Below, piece after piece: positions 24,925 to 34,724 of a DNA stretch of 40,000 nt. Origin of the DNA: Candidatus Bathyarchaeia archaeon (GTDB lineage: Archaea > Thermoproteota > Bathyarchaeia > Bathyarchaeales > Bathycorpusculaceae); NCBI GenBank assembly GCA_049512075.1, contig JBEKXL010000001.1, positions 336,410 to 376,409 of the forward strand, in the 5' to 3' direction. The notes under the pieces were generated by a model. The model was given only the letters and a program-made list of their open reading frames with translations, was not told the origin of the DNA and did not search any database. A program made the translations under genes and the position numbers. Within the stretch, counting starts at the first letter, position 1; every line of letters starts with the position of its first letter.

Positions 24925-25100
24925 AAGCGCGCGCGACGACTTAAGATGCTAATTTCTCGCGAAATGTTAGATGTAAATCATGTAATAAATATCAAAATAG
25001 ACCGAAAGAAAGATGACTTGATTTTTCAAGTTGACCTCAAGTCGAATAAATGAACCAACTAAACCTTTAAGCGCGCGCGCTATATTCCATGTGATTTTGC

Positions 25101-25613
25101 TTGTTTAAACTCAACAGTGTGTCTACCAAGTCATCGGTATTGTATATTCTTAGGAAGACTCTTGTGGTAATTGGGTGCTTAGTGTTTTTGTTTTCTGTCA
25201 TTTTTCCCTTCTTTCTCTTCAGGACAGTACTTTCTCCAACATCGAATTACGATTGGTCATATAGACGTGACTTCTACGGTAACTTTGGTGGAACAAGGCA
25301 GTTTTGGTTTATCAATAACTGGGAAAACACTGGTTCGGCAACGATGTCTTGGGCATTAATATCGATGTTCATAATTCAGGTTTTGACGTTGGTCTTTGGC
25401 GTAGCCTCTGTCTTCTTCAATAGAAGAATTCTATCATTTGCTCCAGTTTTGCTGTGTCTTGGAGTTCTGGGTTTGATGATTTATGCAATAGGTGACAGAG
25501 ATGGAGAGTATCAACAAGGCTACTACCTGATTTTTCCCTCACTTGCCTTGTTCATATTTGCCTTCGTACTAAATGAAGTGACAAAGAAACAACAAACATC
25601 AGCTCGCGCTTAG
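25101..25613 (+). CDS. Polytopic membrane protein (hypothetical)
   Basis: 170 aa with a TTG start and about four hydrophobic helices. Confidence 0.55.
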   Translation: MFKLNSVSTKSSVLYILRKTLVVIGCLVFLFSVIFPFFLFRTVLSPTSNYDWSYRRDFYGNFGGTRQFWFINNWENTGSATMSWALISMFIIQVLTLVFGVASVFFNRRILSFAPVLLCLGVLGLMIYAIGDRDGEYQQGYYLIFPSLALFIFAFVLNEVTKKQQTSARA

Positions 25614-25631
25614 GTTTTGTGTGTGCGGGGG

Positions 25632-25644
25632 GGTAAAGTTTTAT
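25632..25644 (+). promoter_or_regulatory. GGTAAAGTTTTAT box, copy 4
   Basis: Flanked by inverted arms GGTTTTGTG ... CACAAAACC. About 220 nt upstream of the glycosyltransferase ATG. Confidence 0.4.
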
Positions 25645-25865
25645 CACAAAACCCAAAACTGGAAAAATGCATTGTAGTGCAATATGTTTTAATGGATTTG
25701 GTTAGTGTGCGTGGTTTTCCAACATATTTATTTGTCAGTAAAACTATTCGAGATCTATAGCGCGCGCTAAGAATCCTAGAAACAAAGTAGATACAAGAAA
25801 AACAGAAGACAGAACTAGCGTGGCAACATGACAGAAATGTGATATCAAGTAGATGTGGGAACTGA

Positions 25866-27059
25866 ATGAAAAAAATTCTCTTTGTGAGCGGCTCGATCGG
25901 TTTAGGACATGTAGGCAGAGATTTGGAAGTTGCTGGAGCCCTCAGGAGGATTCGGCCTGACGTTGAAATATCTTGGATGGCTGAGCCCCCAGCCTCGGGA
26001 GTTCTCGAAAACGCTGGGGAAAAGCTTCTTCCAGAAGCAGGTTTGTTATCCTCGGCCAACGCGGAGTTGGAAGGATTAGCCAGAGAATACAAGGCAAACT
26101 TGGTACAGTGGGTCATGAACATGCGAAAGGGTTGGTCCCGGAATGCCGAAGTCTATGCTGGGATTTCTGAAGAATACAGTTTTGACCTGTGGATAGGGGA
26201 CGAACCATATGATATTATGATTGCAATGCAAAAGAACCCAGGCTTGAAGAAGTGCCCTTTTGTGGTTATTTATGATTTCTTGGGGCTTGACGCAACCACT
26301 TGGAATCCAGTTGATCATCTTGCCGCTTACATGACGAATAGGCTCTGGGTCAAGTTTTTGGTAGGTGAGCCGTCTCTCGCGGATCGAAGCATCTTTGTTG
26401 GTGAAATCGAGGACGTTCCAGACAAGAGGTTTGGTTTCATGCTGCCCAACCGTCGCAGACTCGCCGAGAAACTGATTAACTTTGTGGGCTATGTGTTTCC
26501 AGAGGATATTGAAGACTTCAGAAACAAGGCTAAGGCGCGCAAACTCTTGGGTTACGGAAATGAACCTTTGATTTTGTGTTCTATTGGTGGGACATCAGCG
26601 GGGAAAAACCTGTTGGATCTGTGCGTTAAAGCATACCCGATAGTCAAGGACAAAATTCCTAACCTTCAAATGGTCTTGGTTTGCGGGCCGCGTGTAGCGC
26701 CAGACTCGATTCAAACTCCCGCAGGGGTGAAGATTTTTGGGTACTTGCCCAGTCTGTATAGGCACTTGGGCGCTGCAGACCTTTGCATTGTCACTGGAGG
26801 CGGAACAATAACGCTTGAATTGACTGCACTTCAAAGACCGTTCCTGTATTTTCCGCTTGAGCACCATTTTGAACAGGAAATTGACGTGGCGAATAGATGC
26901 CAAAGACACGGAGCAGGCATCAGAATGACTTGCTCAAAAACCACGCCCGAATCATTATCAGAAGCTATTGTCTCAAACATCGGAACGCATGTCGATTACC
27001 CATCGATACCCACTAATGGCGCACAGGAAGCAGCCAGAACAATCCAGTCAATTCTCTAG
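25866..27059 (+). CDS. GT-B fold glycosyltransferase (MurG/GT28/GT1-like)
   Basis: N-terminus MKKILFVSGSIGLGHVGR and C-terminal GGGTITLELTALQRPFLYFPLEHHFEQ, typical of this family. Confidence 0.75.
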   Translation: MKKILFVSGSIGLGHVGRDLEVAGALRRIRPDVEISWMAEPPASGVLENAGEKLLPEAGLLSSANAELEGLAREYKANLVQWVMNMRKGWSRNAEVYAGISEEYSFDLWIGDEPYDIMIAMQKNPGLKKCPFVVIYDFLGLDATTWNPVDHLAAYMTNRLWVKFLVGEPSLADRSIFVGEIEDVPDKRFGFMLPNRRRLAEKLINFVGYVFPEDIEDFRNKAKARKLLGYGNEPLILCSIGGTSAGKNLLDLCVKAYPIVKDKIPNLQMVLVCGPRVAPDSIQTPAGVKIFGYLPSLYRHLGAADLCIVTGGGTITLELTALQRPFLYFPLEHHFEQEIDVANRCQRHGAGIRMTCSKTTPESLSEAIVSNIGTHVDYPSIPTNGAQEAARTIQSIL

Positions 27060-27341
27060 GCTCCTGTTTCCATGTTTTTCTCTCCAGGAAAAAGGCTTGC
27101 CCATTTTTTTGGGCATAATTTCTAAGGGCTATTTTTAGCGCGCTTTTTTGACGACGACGTCTTAGCGCGCGAGTATTCTCTTACACATGGTGCGGTAGCC
27201 CAGGAGAAACCGCTACTTAGGCCATAGTTTTTACTTTCTAGCTTAAGGAGTTTCGCCCATATCCTCTCTTTCTCGAAAGCGACAGACATGTGGTCGAGCA
27301 AAATGAGCAAGTATTTAAAGCAAACGTGTTAACGAATTCGC

Positions 27342-28238
27342 GTGAGGGTCGGCGAGTTGGTCGCAGGGGTTAAAGAGATTCAGAAGCATTTCAAAATGAC
27401 AGATGGCTTTGACCTATTTTGCAGACATTGGAAAGCCGATGGAGAGAGCAGAAAATCAGTCGTGTGCATCCATAGCATAGGGGGACATTCCGAAGTTTTC
27501 CGAGTTATGGGACAGGATTTGGCCGAAGATGGAATCGAAGTCTATGCCTTAGACCTTAGAGGTTTTGGAAACTCCAAGGAAAAAGGCTTGCCAAGAGGAG
27601 ACACCAAGGATTTCAATAGGCACCTACGAGATTTGGGGGAAGTAGTAGGTTTCGTACGCAAGAGACACCTCAAGAACAGAGTCTACATGTTTGGTTGGAG
27701 TCTAGGTGTATTGTACACTCTTTGGTATTCTGCAAATCATCCAGATTCTCTAGACGGAATAATACTTGCAGCGCCTTACTGGGTCGGATCAATGCCCCTA
27801 ATATATCGCACTAATATCTCGTCTATGCTCGTCTCTGCGCCTGAGACGATCTACGACACCTACAAGACTTGGTCCCGTGAGTTCAAGGAAAGCGCAGAGG
27901 GCAAAATCCTGCGCCAAGATCCACTGTTCACAACAAAGCGCAGTTGGCGTTGGCTAGGCGGCGTAAAGGAAACTTTGAGCGATAGAGTATTGCAAAATGC
28001 GTCGCAGACAGAGAAACCCACTCTGATAATTCTAGGCGGGAAGGACGACAAGGACATTCGAGATGGGGCCAAACAACTCCTTGAGAGTGTGGCAGCGAAA
28101 GATAAGTCAATCCAACCCTTTCCAGACGCAGACCATTTCTTTTATCATGCCTTATTCTTCAAGACAACCGCCAAGCATGACCAGGCAAAAAGAAAGCGGG
28201 TGACCTCTGTCGTTAAGGATTGGTTGAACGCTCACTAG
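27342..28238 (+). CDS. Alpha/beta hydrolase (lysophospholipase/monoacylglycerol-lipase-like)
   Basis: VVCIHSIGGHSEVF, nucleophile elbow GWSLG and C-terminal DADHFF. The start may be GTG 27342 or ATG 27396. Confidence 0.8.
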   Translation: MRVGELVAGVKEIQKHFKMTDGFDLFCRHWKADGESRKSVVCIHSIGGHSEVFRVMGQDLAEDGIEVYALDLRGFGNSKEKGLPRGDTKDFNRHLRDLGEVVGFVRKRHLKNRVYMFGWSLGVLYTLWYSANHPDSLDGIILAAPYWVGSMPLIYRTNISSMLVSAPETIYDTYKTWSREFKESAEGKILRQDPLFTTKRSWRWLGGVKETLSDRVLQNASQTEKPTLIILGGKDDKDIRDGAKQLLESVAAKDKSIQPFPDADHFFYHALFFKTTAKHDQAKRKRVTSVVKDWLNAH

Positions 28239-28561
28239 ACCATTTCTAATGCTAGTGAGCGCGACCCAGTTCAAGCTGGAAAAGCATGAATCCATTCCTA
28301 AGCAATGGTAGCCCGGGATAGCTTCAAACACTCGGTTCAAACTTTTCCTGCATACTATCAATCTGCGAGCAAAAACTAGCTTAATTGCGATTGAAATGAC
28401 TAGATTTCATTGTTGTTTTGGCTATTCACCCGAGAGCTCGACTTTTTTCCGCGGTCATGTTATGGAAGGCGTCAGGTTAACTAAACCTAGGTGGGATATT
28501 TCGGCAGATTCATGAGAACTTGGAAAACAATCTTCGATTTGCCATTTTTCATTTTGTTGGT

Positions 28562-29458
28562 TTAAATGACCACGCCCATGCGGTGGAGTTCGTCCAGCAA
28601 GCTTGCCTTTGTCTGTTTGAGTCTTTGCCTCTGTTCAGCGTATTCGTCGCCACTTATCCTGTCAGCTCGAAAGTCTTGGTCGAGTTTTTCCAATTGTGCA
28701 TCTATGTCAGACAGTCTTGATTTGAGTTGATCAACGTATGAGATGGCTGCGGTCGATTCTAATGTTTGAGCGGGCGTCAAAGCCGCTTTTATGGCGCCAT
28801 CTTCGATGCGCAGGATTCTGTCTCCTCGCCTGGCAGCATTTGGGTCATGAGTAACCATCACAATGGTCTTGCCCAGTTCTCGGCTAATATTCACCAAGTA
28901 GTCGATCACGATTTTGGCGTTAGTAGTGTCTAATTCTCCTGTCGGCTCGTCGGCTAGGATTACTGGGGCGTCGTTGGCTAGAGCAGCAGCCATGGTTATG
29001 CGTTGCTGTTCTCCGCCGCTTAATTCGTCGGGTTTATGATCGGCTCTTTGAGTTAGGCCCACTATTTCAAGCAATTCTGTGACACGTTCTTTTCGTTTAC
29101 CTCTTCCCGCACCTATGGCTATCATTGGCAGTTCGACGTTTTCAGCAGCTGTCAACGTGGGAATTAGATTGAGAGTCTGGAAAATGTGTCCCACGGTTTT
29201 CCTTCGATAATCAACGAGCTGAGAGGTTGAGAGCGCCGTGACTTGCGTACCACCTACTACGACGGAGCCTGCGGTTGCCGTGTCTAATCCTCCTATTATG
29301 TTTAGTAGAGTGGTCTTTCCGCTTCCACTTGGTCCTATGATTGAGACCACTTCGCCCTCTTTCACTGACATGCTTAGTCCACGTAGAGCCTGAACCTCCA
29401 CTTTGCCCAGATGGTAAACTTTAATCAGGTCTTTGACGATTATTTCTGCACCTTTCAA
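28562..29458 (-). CDS. ABC transporter ATP-binding protein (MacB/LolD-like) with a C-terminal coiled-coil extension
   Basis: [27 protein letters not shown] and [11 protein letters not shown], followed by a ~70-aa helical tail. Confidence 0.9.
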   Translation of the reverse strand: MKGAEIIVKDLIKVYHLGKVEVQALRGLSMSVKEGEVVSIIGPSGSGKTTLLNIIGGLDTATAGSVVVGGTQVTALSTSQLVDYRRKTVGHIFQTLNLIPTLTAAENVELPMIAIGAGRGKRKERVTELLEIVGLTQRADHKPDELSGGEQQRITMAAALANDAPVILADEPTGELDTTNAKIVIDYLVNISRELGKTIVMVTHDPNAARRGDRILRIEDGAIKAALTPAQTLESTAAISYVDQLKSRLSDIDAQLEKLDQDFRADRISGDEYAEQRQRLKQTKASLLDELHRMGVVI

Positions 29459-32241
29459 ACTTCTCGCACCGTCCTTTCTAACCTTGAACTGTATCTTTTT
29501 GCCAGGAGAATGACCGGGATGATGGTTGACGCGAAGACGAGGAAGAAAGAAACGAATAGGGTCAAGAGTGCATCAGGCGGAAAGACCATGTGCCAGCTCA
29601 AAGGGATGGATGAATAGAAGGCGGTGTTCACAGCGTTGTTTGACGCAACTATTCCGCGCACCACTATGAGTCCCACAACCGTGCCCACAAGCACCGCGAA
29701 TGTCACGACCGCAAGGCTTTCGGTGAGAAGCATAACGAGCAATTGCTTGAATGAGAGCCCCCGAACGCTCATGATTGACGCCTCACGTCTCCTCTCTGTC
29801 AAGCTGACCAACGTGACAAGTGCGGTTCCGACTGAAGCCGCCGCCACCATGAAAAACACGCCTAAGTGTAGAACGTCAAAAGATCCCGTAAGGGTAAGGT
29901 TGCTCTGCTCTTCCTCAAGCTGCTCAGCCACGGAGGACACTGAGCTGACACCGTTGATTTCCAATCCGCGAATCTGATCCGCGACATCCTCACTGTCCGT
30001 GCCGCCTTGCAACTTGATGAGTATTTTGGCTGAGGCTGAACGAACTACGTTTTCTTTTAGCTGGTCGTACAGTCCTTCTGGAACATAAGACCAGTACTGA
30101 CCTGAAGATTGCGCCGACTCGATTCCGAAAAACCCTATAACCGTCAACTCTTCCGTCTGCACTGCTCCCGTGGATGAGTCACCAAAAGTCACGGTGACGA
30201 CATCGCCAACCTTCTTGCTAAGAGTTGTGGCTTTGCTGCGATCCAAAATAACGGTGTAATTGTTTGAACTCATAGTTTCAAAGGCTTTTTCAACCGAGTT
30301 ACCGCTGAACAGGTCATCCTCATAATAAGCTGTCGAAAGCCACGTTTTGGGATCTACCGCCCGAAACTGCATTCCTACATACCCTCCAGAACCAGCTGAA
30401 CCCGTGAAACTGTATTCTGCAGTCATAGATTGAACGTGAGACACGTTGCTGGTGATGGCATTTATCATCTGCGAGGCATTCGCAGGCGAACTCAATGCAA
30501 GACTAACATCCGAGCCAACAGCAAAGTGAGCTCCACGAATAACTAAGTCTTGTTCACTCGCCAGGGTTCCAACGACCTGAAAACTGTAGCCAATAATGAA
30601 GGCTATGAGAAATGCGGCGGCAGCGGCACGAGCAGGGTTTCTACGGACACTCTTGGTCGCAAGCTTACCTAGATCACCCAAAAACCTAGCAGCCCTAGCC
30701 ATGATTTCTTGGAACATCGAGCCACTTACGAAGATTTTTGTGAACCCCCAGAAGAACAGAAACGGCCCGACATAAGTCAGTCCGAAATCGATGGCAACAA
30801 CTATTCCTAACAAAATGAAGACGAGAACGTTCGACGGAGCTCCTCCGAGCCCCGCCTGAAGATTAATGCCCAGAAGAAACACGATTATTTTAAAAGAACC
30901 GAGAAGGAGTGCAACCCAAGGCCACAGCCGCTTGTACGGTTTATCCTCTTCCACGTACACGTATTCTCTCAAAGCGTCCACTGCGGTCATCTTTGAAGCC
31001 TTTCTTGCTGACCGATAAACCGAAAGAAAGGTGATGATGAGGGCGAAAACCATGGTCAAAATGATGGTGTCAGATCCCAATACAAGCGTGCCGATGGATT
31101 GGCCGCCAGCGGCCGCGACAAACCATGGAGTAAGAGTCAAACTCAACGCTATGCCCAGCAAACCTCCAAGTAGCCCTATCAGTGCAGCCTCGAACAGAAA
31201 CATCCACCAGAGTTGTCGCTTAGAAAACCCTTTGGTCGATAGGAGACCGATCTCCCGGCGCCTCAGGTTGAAGGACACGTCAGAAACTGTTGAGCCCACG
31301 TACCAGGCCACAAAAAACACCGGTAAAGATGCTATGATGAAGGTAAAACGCATCGCAAACGAGGTACTCTGAAAACTGTCCAACGGGTAGGCTAGATTGT
31401 CTTGAGCAGACAAACCAAAACGTGAGACCTTTTCACTAATCTGCACTGTAACCGCTTCAAGCCTGTTGGCTGAACCGGTGACGTCCCACGGGCTGATAAG
31501 GCTCGAGCGGTCAACAAAAACCTGAATTGCGGTGCTGAGTGGAGAATATTCAGGCGAAAAATCATACACGACATCGAGCAGCTTAGCAAAAGTTTTCTCC
31601 CAACTAGTGATAAAAAGATTAGCGTTCTGTTGTGGATAAAGCTGGCTCGCGGCCGAGCTAAATGCTATAGAAAGCTCCTGTTCACTGAGATGAACAAAAC
31701 CAGCTACTTTAAGATTCACAATAAGTGATAATGTTGGTACATGAGAATACATCGTGATATTTATCGGAATGACGTCACCAATGTGAACCTTTCCAACGTC
31801 AGGCGATTCTGCCCAGACATACGTTTCATTCTCTCCTAAAGTGGAGGTGTTGCAGACAAGAGAGTGCTCAGGTATCCCAATCAAATTGATGGAAGTCGTG
31901 AAATTGAGCTTCTCAATATTATTGAAATCCACGTATGAAGAAATTGCCTCGACGTGAGTTATGCCTTGCACAGTTGATATCGCGTTAATTGCATCTGACA
32001 CGTTTTTGGAGGACAACAGGCTATTCGCTGGAAAACCATTAATATATGCGTAGGAACTGTAACCTATGGAAATGTCAACTGGAATTTTACTCAGCGCTTG
32101 ATCAAGAGCCCGCCACGCAGCTGTATCCGCGCCCACGTTGATGCCCGCGAAAAACGTTGAAGCCAAAACGATGCCTAGCAATAAGGCTATGAACAGTCGC
32201 CATGAACGAACAAGTCGCTTAAAGGTGTACGAAAACGACAA
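29455..32241 (-). CDS. Large FtsX-like ABC permease with two extracytoplasmic domains
   Basis: 928 aa with a TTG start. N-terminal TM, then two blocks of clustered TM helices separated by large soluble regions. It overlaps the downstream MacB-like ATPase by 4 nt. The family is assigned from architecture and context. Confidence 0.7.
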   Translation of the reverse strand: MSFSYTFKRLVRSWRLFIALLLGIVLASTFFAGINVGADTAAWRALDQALSKIPVDISIGYSSYAYINGFPANSLLSSKNVSDAINAISTVQGITHVEAISSYVDFNNIEKLNFTTSINLIGIPEHSLVCNTSTLGENETYVWAESPDVGKVHIGDVIPINITMYSHVPTLSLIVNLKVAGFVHLSEQELSIAFSSAASQLYPQQNANLFITSWEKTFAKLLDVVYDFSPEYSPLSTAIQVFVDRSSLISPWDVTGSANRLEAVTVQISEKVSRFGLSAQDNLAYPLDSFQSTSFAMRFTFIIASLPVFFVAWYVGSTVSDVSFNLRRREIGLLSTKGFSKRQLWWMFLFEAALIGLLGGLLGIALSLTLTPWFVAAAGGQSIGTLVLGSDTIILTMVFALIITFLSVYRSARKASKMTAVDALREYVYVEEDKPYKRLWPWVALLLGSFKIIVFLLGINLQAGLGGAPSNVLVFILLGIVVAIDFGLTYVGPFLFFWGFTKIFVSGSMFQEIMARAARFLGDLGKLATKSVRRNPARAAAAAFLIAFIIGYSFQVVGTLASEQDLVIRGAHFAVGSDVSLALSSPANASQMINAITSNVSHVQSMTAEYSFTGSAGSGGYVGMQFRAVDPKTWLSTAYYEDDLFSGNSVEKAFETMSSNNYTVILDRSKATTLSKKVGDVVTVTFGDSSTGAVQTEELTVIGFFGIESAQSSGQYWSYVPEGLYDQLKENVVRSASAKILIKLQGGTDSEDVADQIRGLEINGVSSVSSVAEQLEEEQSNLTLTGSFDVLHLGVFFMVAAASVGTALVTLVSLTERRREASIMSVRGLSFKQLLVMLLTESLAVVTFAVLVGTVVGLIVVRGIVASNNAVNTAFYSSIPLSWHMVFPPDALLTLFVSFFLVFASTIIPVILLAKRYSSRLERTVREV

Positions 32242-32416
32242 GTTTAATCAAATAACAGTTTGACCGATAACCAATTTCAGTCTTTTGGTTCAAATGATTT
32301 CGCAAAGACGAGAGTCTGAACATCGTCCTGACTAGGGTTTGTTGGTAGCCCGGGATAGCTTCGAGCTCTCGCCAAGCATATCCAGTATGATTTTTTACTC
32401 GTAAAAACGTGCCCCG

Positions 32417-32434
32417 ATCCCGGCCGAAGCACCA
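32417..32434 (+). repeat. Second partial copy of the tRNA-Glu 3' end (ATCCCGGCCGAAGCACCA, one mismatch)
   Basis: 17 of 18 nt match 189-206, in direct orientation. Confidence 0.7.
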
Positions 32435-32528
32435 TTTTACTGGTATAATCTTAGTGCGACAGCAGGAGCCTCAGACTTCTCGGAATAACCCTTCACAGGT
32501 AAAGAAACCGAAAGTCTGATCCGCCAGA

Positions 32529-32648
32529 CAAGCGCGCGCTGGGAGAGTTTCGAACCCTCGCCGAGCACAAGGCAAGCATACCTTTTCCGGCAAATTCGTT
32601 TTCTGATAATGGCTAGAGCACTATTTTGATGAGGTCAAGAGAGAGATA
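32529..32648. repeat. 119-bp repeat, copy B
   Basis: About 93% identical to 6041-6159, in direct orientation. It lies 95 bp after the tRNA-Glu 3' copy. Confidence 0.85.
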
Positions 32649-33146
32649 GCGCCCGCTCACGCCGGTTTCCAATGAGAATTTGGCGCGTTATCTACTTCCT
32701 GATTTCTTATGGTCCGAGAAAATGAGCATATCGAGTCAACAGCTCAGAAGAAGCGGGCGTCCGGGTTCTGTGAAGTCTTTGTCACCTTGCTAATTTTGGT
32801 CTCCATGTGAAAATTCGTCACCTGCAACGATACTGGCGCGTAAAGGGACATGAACCGTTCGCTGAGTTTTGTTCGATGTTCATAACGACTGACCTATAGC
32901 GACCCTAACCTGTCGCGAGTCGATTGCAAATTCTTCAGCAATGCTTGGCTATTAGGAAAAACTCTCACCCCGACACGCAAGAAATTGAGCTTTATTTGAA
33001 GATAAGCAATGGTAATCATCACTATTATGAATTTGCCGACTTCGTAGTTTCTCTTGCTCATTCTATGATTCTACCTCTCTGAGATGGCGTGCGCAACCTA
33101 TTTAAGAATCACGATTATATCACGTCGATGGTTTGGTGCACAAATT

Positions 33147-34502
33147 ATGAAAAGTAGGATACGATTGGTTTTAGGCGTTGTTCTTCTCGCCATTTTCATT
33201 ACAGCATTGTGCACTTCGTTCGGCGCCGCTGCCACGACAGGATGGAGCCAGACGTACGGAGGTTCTGGAGACGATGAAGCGTATTCCCTAGTCCAAACAA
33301 GGGACGGGGGCTACGCGTTAGCGGGATTCACAAACTCCAGCGGCGCGGGCAGCTATGATTTCTGGTTGATCAAGACCAACTCTTCCGGAGGCATGCAGTG
33401 GAACCAGACCTACGGTGGGGCAGGGGACGATGAATCCTATTCAGTCGTACAAAGCAACGACACGGGATACGCAGTAGCCGGGTTCACGGATTCTTACGGT
33501 GCCGGTGAAACCGACGCTTGGCTTGTCAGAACAGACTCTTCTGGAAACATGCAGTGGAGCCAAACCTACGGGGGAGTAGCGCAAGACGGCGCATACTCTG
33601 TAATCCAAACCAGCGACGGAGGCTACGCGTTAGCGGGGTTCACTGATTCCTTCGGGGCAGGCAGCTTCGATTTCTGGCTAGTTAAGACAGACTCTCATGG
33701 AAATATGGTGTGGAACCAGACTTACGGTGGGACAGGGGACGATGAAGCCTCGTGTGTGGTTCAGACCAGCGACGGAGGCTACGCGTTAGGGGGGTACACG
33801 AACTCTTTCGGCGCTGGCAGCTACGACTTCTGGCTTGTCAAGACCAACTCTTCTGGAGGCATGACGTGGAACCATGCTTACGGTGGCTCGGGAGACGATG
33901 AGGCTGAGTGCGTTATTCAGACCAGCACTGGCTACGCCCTAGCCGGATACACCAACTCAACTGGAGCAGGCAACGACGATTTCTGGCTGGTTACGACCGA
34001 CTCCTCTGGAACGTTACAGTGGAGCCAAACCTACGGAGGAGCATACGACGAAATAGCAAACGCGTTAGTTCAAACCAGCGACGGAGGCTACGCCCTAGGA
34101 GGCCTAACAGGATCCAACGGCGCCGGCGACGTTGATTACTGGCTCGTCAAGACCACGTCTACCGGAACCACGCAGTGGAGCCAAACCTACGGAGGCTCAG
34201 ATGACGATGAAGCGTATTCCCTAGTTCAGACAAGCGACGGAGGCTATGCGTTAGCCGGGTTCACAGCTTCCTACGGCGCCGGCAGCTACGACGCCTTTCT
34301 AGTCAAAACCGACTCCTCAGGAAACAGCATGATGCCACAGTCATCATTCTCCATCCCATACTCCACCATAGCGATAGTAGTCGTGATTATAGCAGTCATA
34401 ATAATAGCAGTCGTATTCATAGCCCGCAGCAGACGTTCCAGGTCCGACACAGGCAGTGGTCAACAGTATCCACCCCCAAGTCCCGAAGTGAAACCGCCAT
34501 AA
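33147..34502 (+). CDS. Secreted, C-terminally membrane-anchored repeat protein (about eight ~46-aa beta-propeller-type repeats)
   Basis: Signal/TM MKSRIRLVLGVVLLAIFITALC. Repeats W.QTYGG.GDDEA.S.VQTSDGGYALAG.T.S.GAG..DFWLVKTDSSGN. C-terminal TM followed by RSRRSRS. Confidence 0.8.
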   Translation: MKSRIRLVLGVVLLAIFITALCTSFGAAATTGWSQTYGGSGDDEAYSLVQTRDGGYALAGFTNSSGAGSYDFWLIKTNSSGGMQWNQTYGGAGDDESYSVVQSNDTGYAVAGFTDSYGAGETDAWLVRTDSSGNMQWSQTYGGVAQDGAYSVIQTSDGGYALAGFTDSFGAGSFDFWLVKTDSHGNMVWNQTYGGTGDDEASCVVQTSDGGYALGGYTNSFGAGSYDFWLVKTNSSGGMTWNHAYGGSGDDEAECVIQTSTGYALAGYTNSTGAGNDDFWLVTTDSSGTLQWSQTYGGAYDEIANALVQTSDGGYALGGLTGSNGAGDVDYWLVKTTSTGTTQWSQTYGGSDDDEAYSLVQTSDGGYALAGFTASYGAGSYDAFLVKTDSSGNSMMPQSSFSIPYSTIAIVVVIIAVIIIAVVFIARSRRSRSDTGSGQQYPPPSPEVKPP

Positions 34503-34618
34503 GAGACTCGCTCGGCTCAGGCCGCGAACCGTTCTCTAGAATTTTCCCAGATCAGACTATCATATCTCGTCTCCAAGTAGGCTTGCGCGCGCGCTAATCC
34601 CTGACTATTACAATGAAA

Positions 34619-34637
34619 ATTACATCTGACATTACAA
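34619..34637 (+). repeat. 19-nt direct repeat ATTACATCTGACATTACAA, copy 1
   Basis: Exact match to 34706-34724. Confidence 0.9.
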
Positions 34638-34705
34638 ACAAAAGGGCCGAGTCCACTCTGAACAGCCTTTCAGCCCGTTTTTCTTCATGGTTTGTTACCA
34701 CACAC

Positions 34706-34724
34706 ATTACATCTGACATTACAA
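34706..34724 (+). repeat. 19-nt direct repeat ATTACATCTGACATTACAA, copy 2
   Basis: Exact match to 34619-34637, with 87-bp spacing. Confidence 0.9.

Noticed and set aside
25610-26122. 170-aa minus-strand ORF
   Set aside because: It overlaps the promoter region and the 5' end of the well-supported glycosyltransferase gene. It has no protein-like features.
32359-32434. 77-nt stretch GCTTCGAGC...CCGAAGCACCA of exactly tRNA length, with 6/7 acceptor pairs
   Set aside because: No T-stem pairing (ACGTG versus CCCGG) and no D-arm or anticodon arm can be drawn. It is most likely an att-type remnant, with chance complementarity at the 5' side.
32650-33080. Minus-strand frame starting MSKRNYEVGKFIIVMITIAYLQ... 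and continuing after an in-frame TAG, considered as a decayed integrase next to the att-like repeats
   Set aside because: I see no tyrosine- or serine-recombinase motifs (no R..HxxR..Y pattern). The peptides are short and I recognise no family, so there is not enough evidence to call anything.
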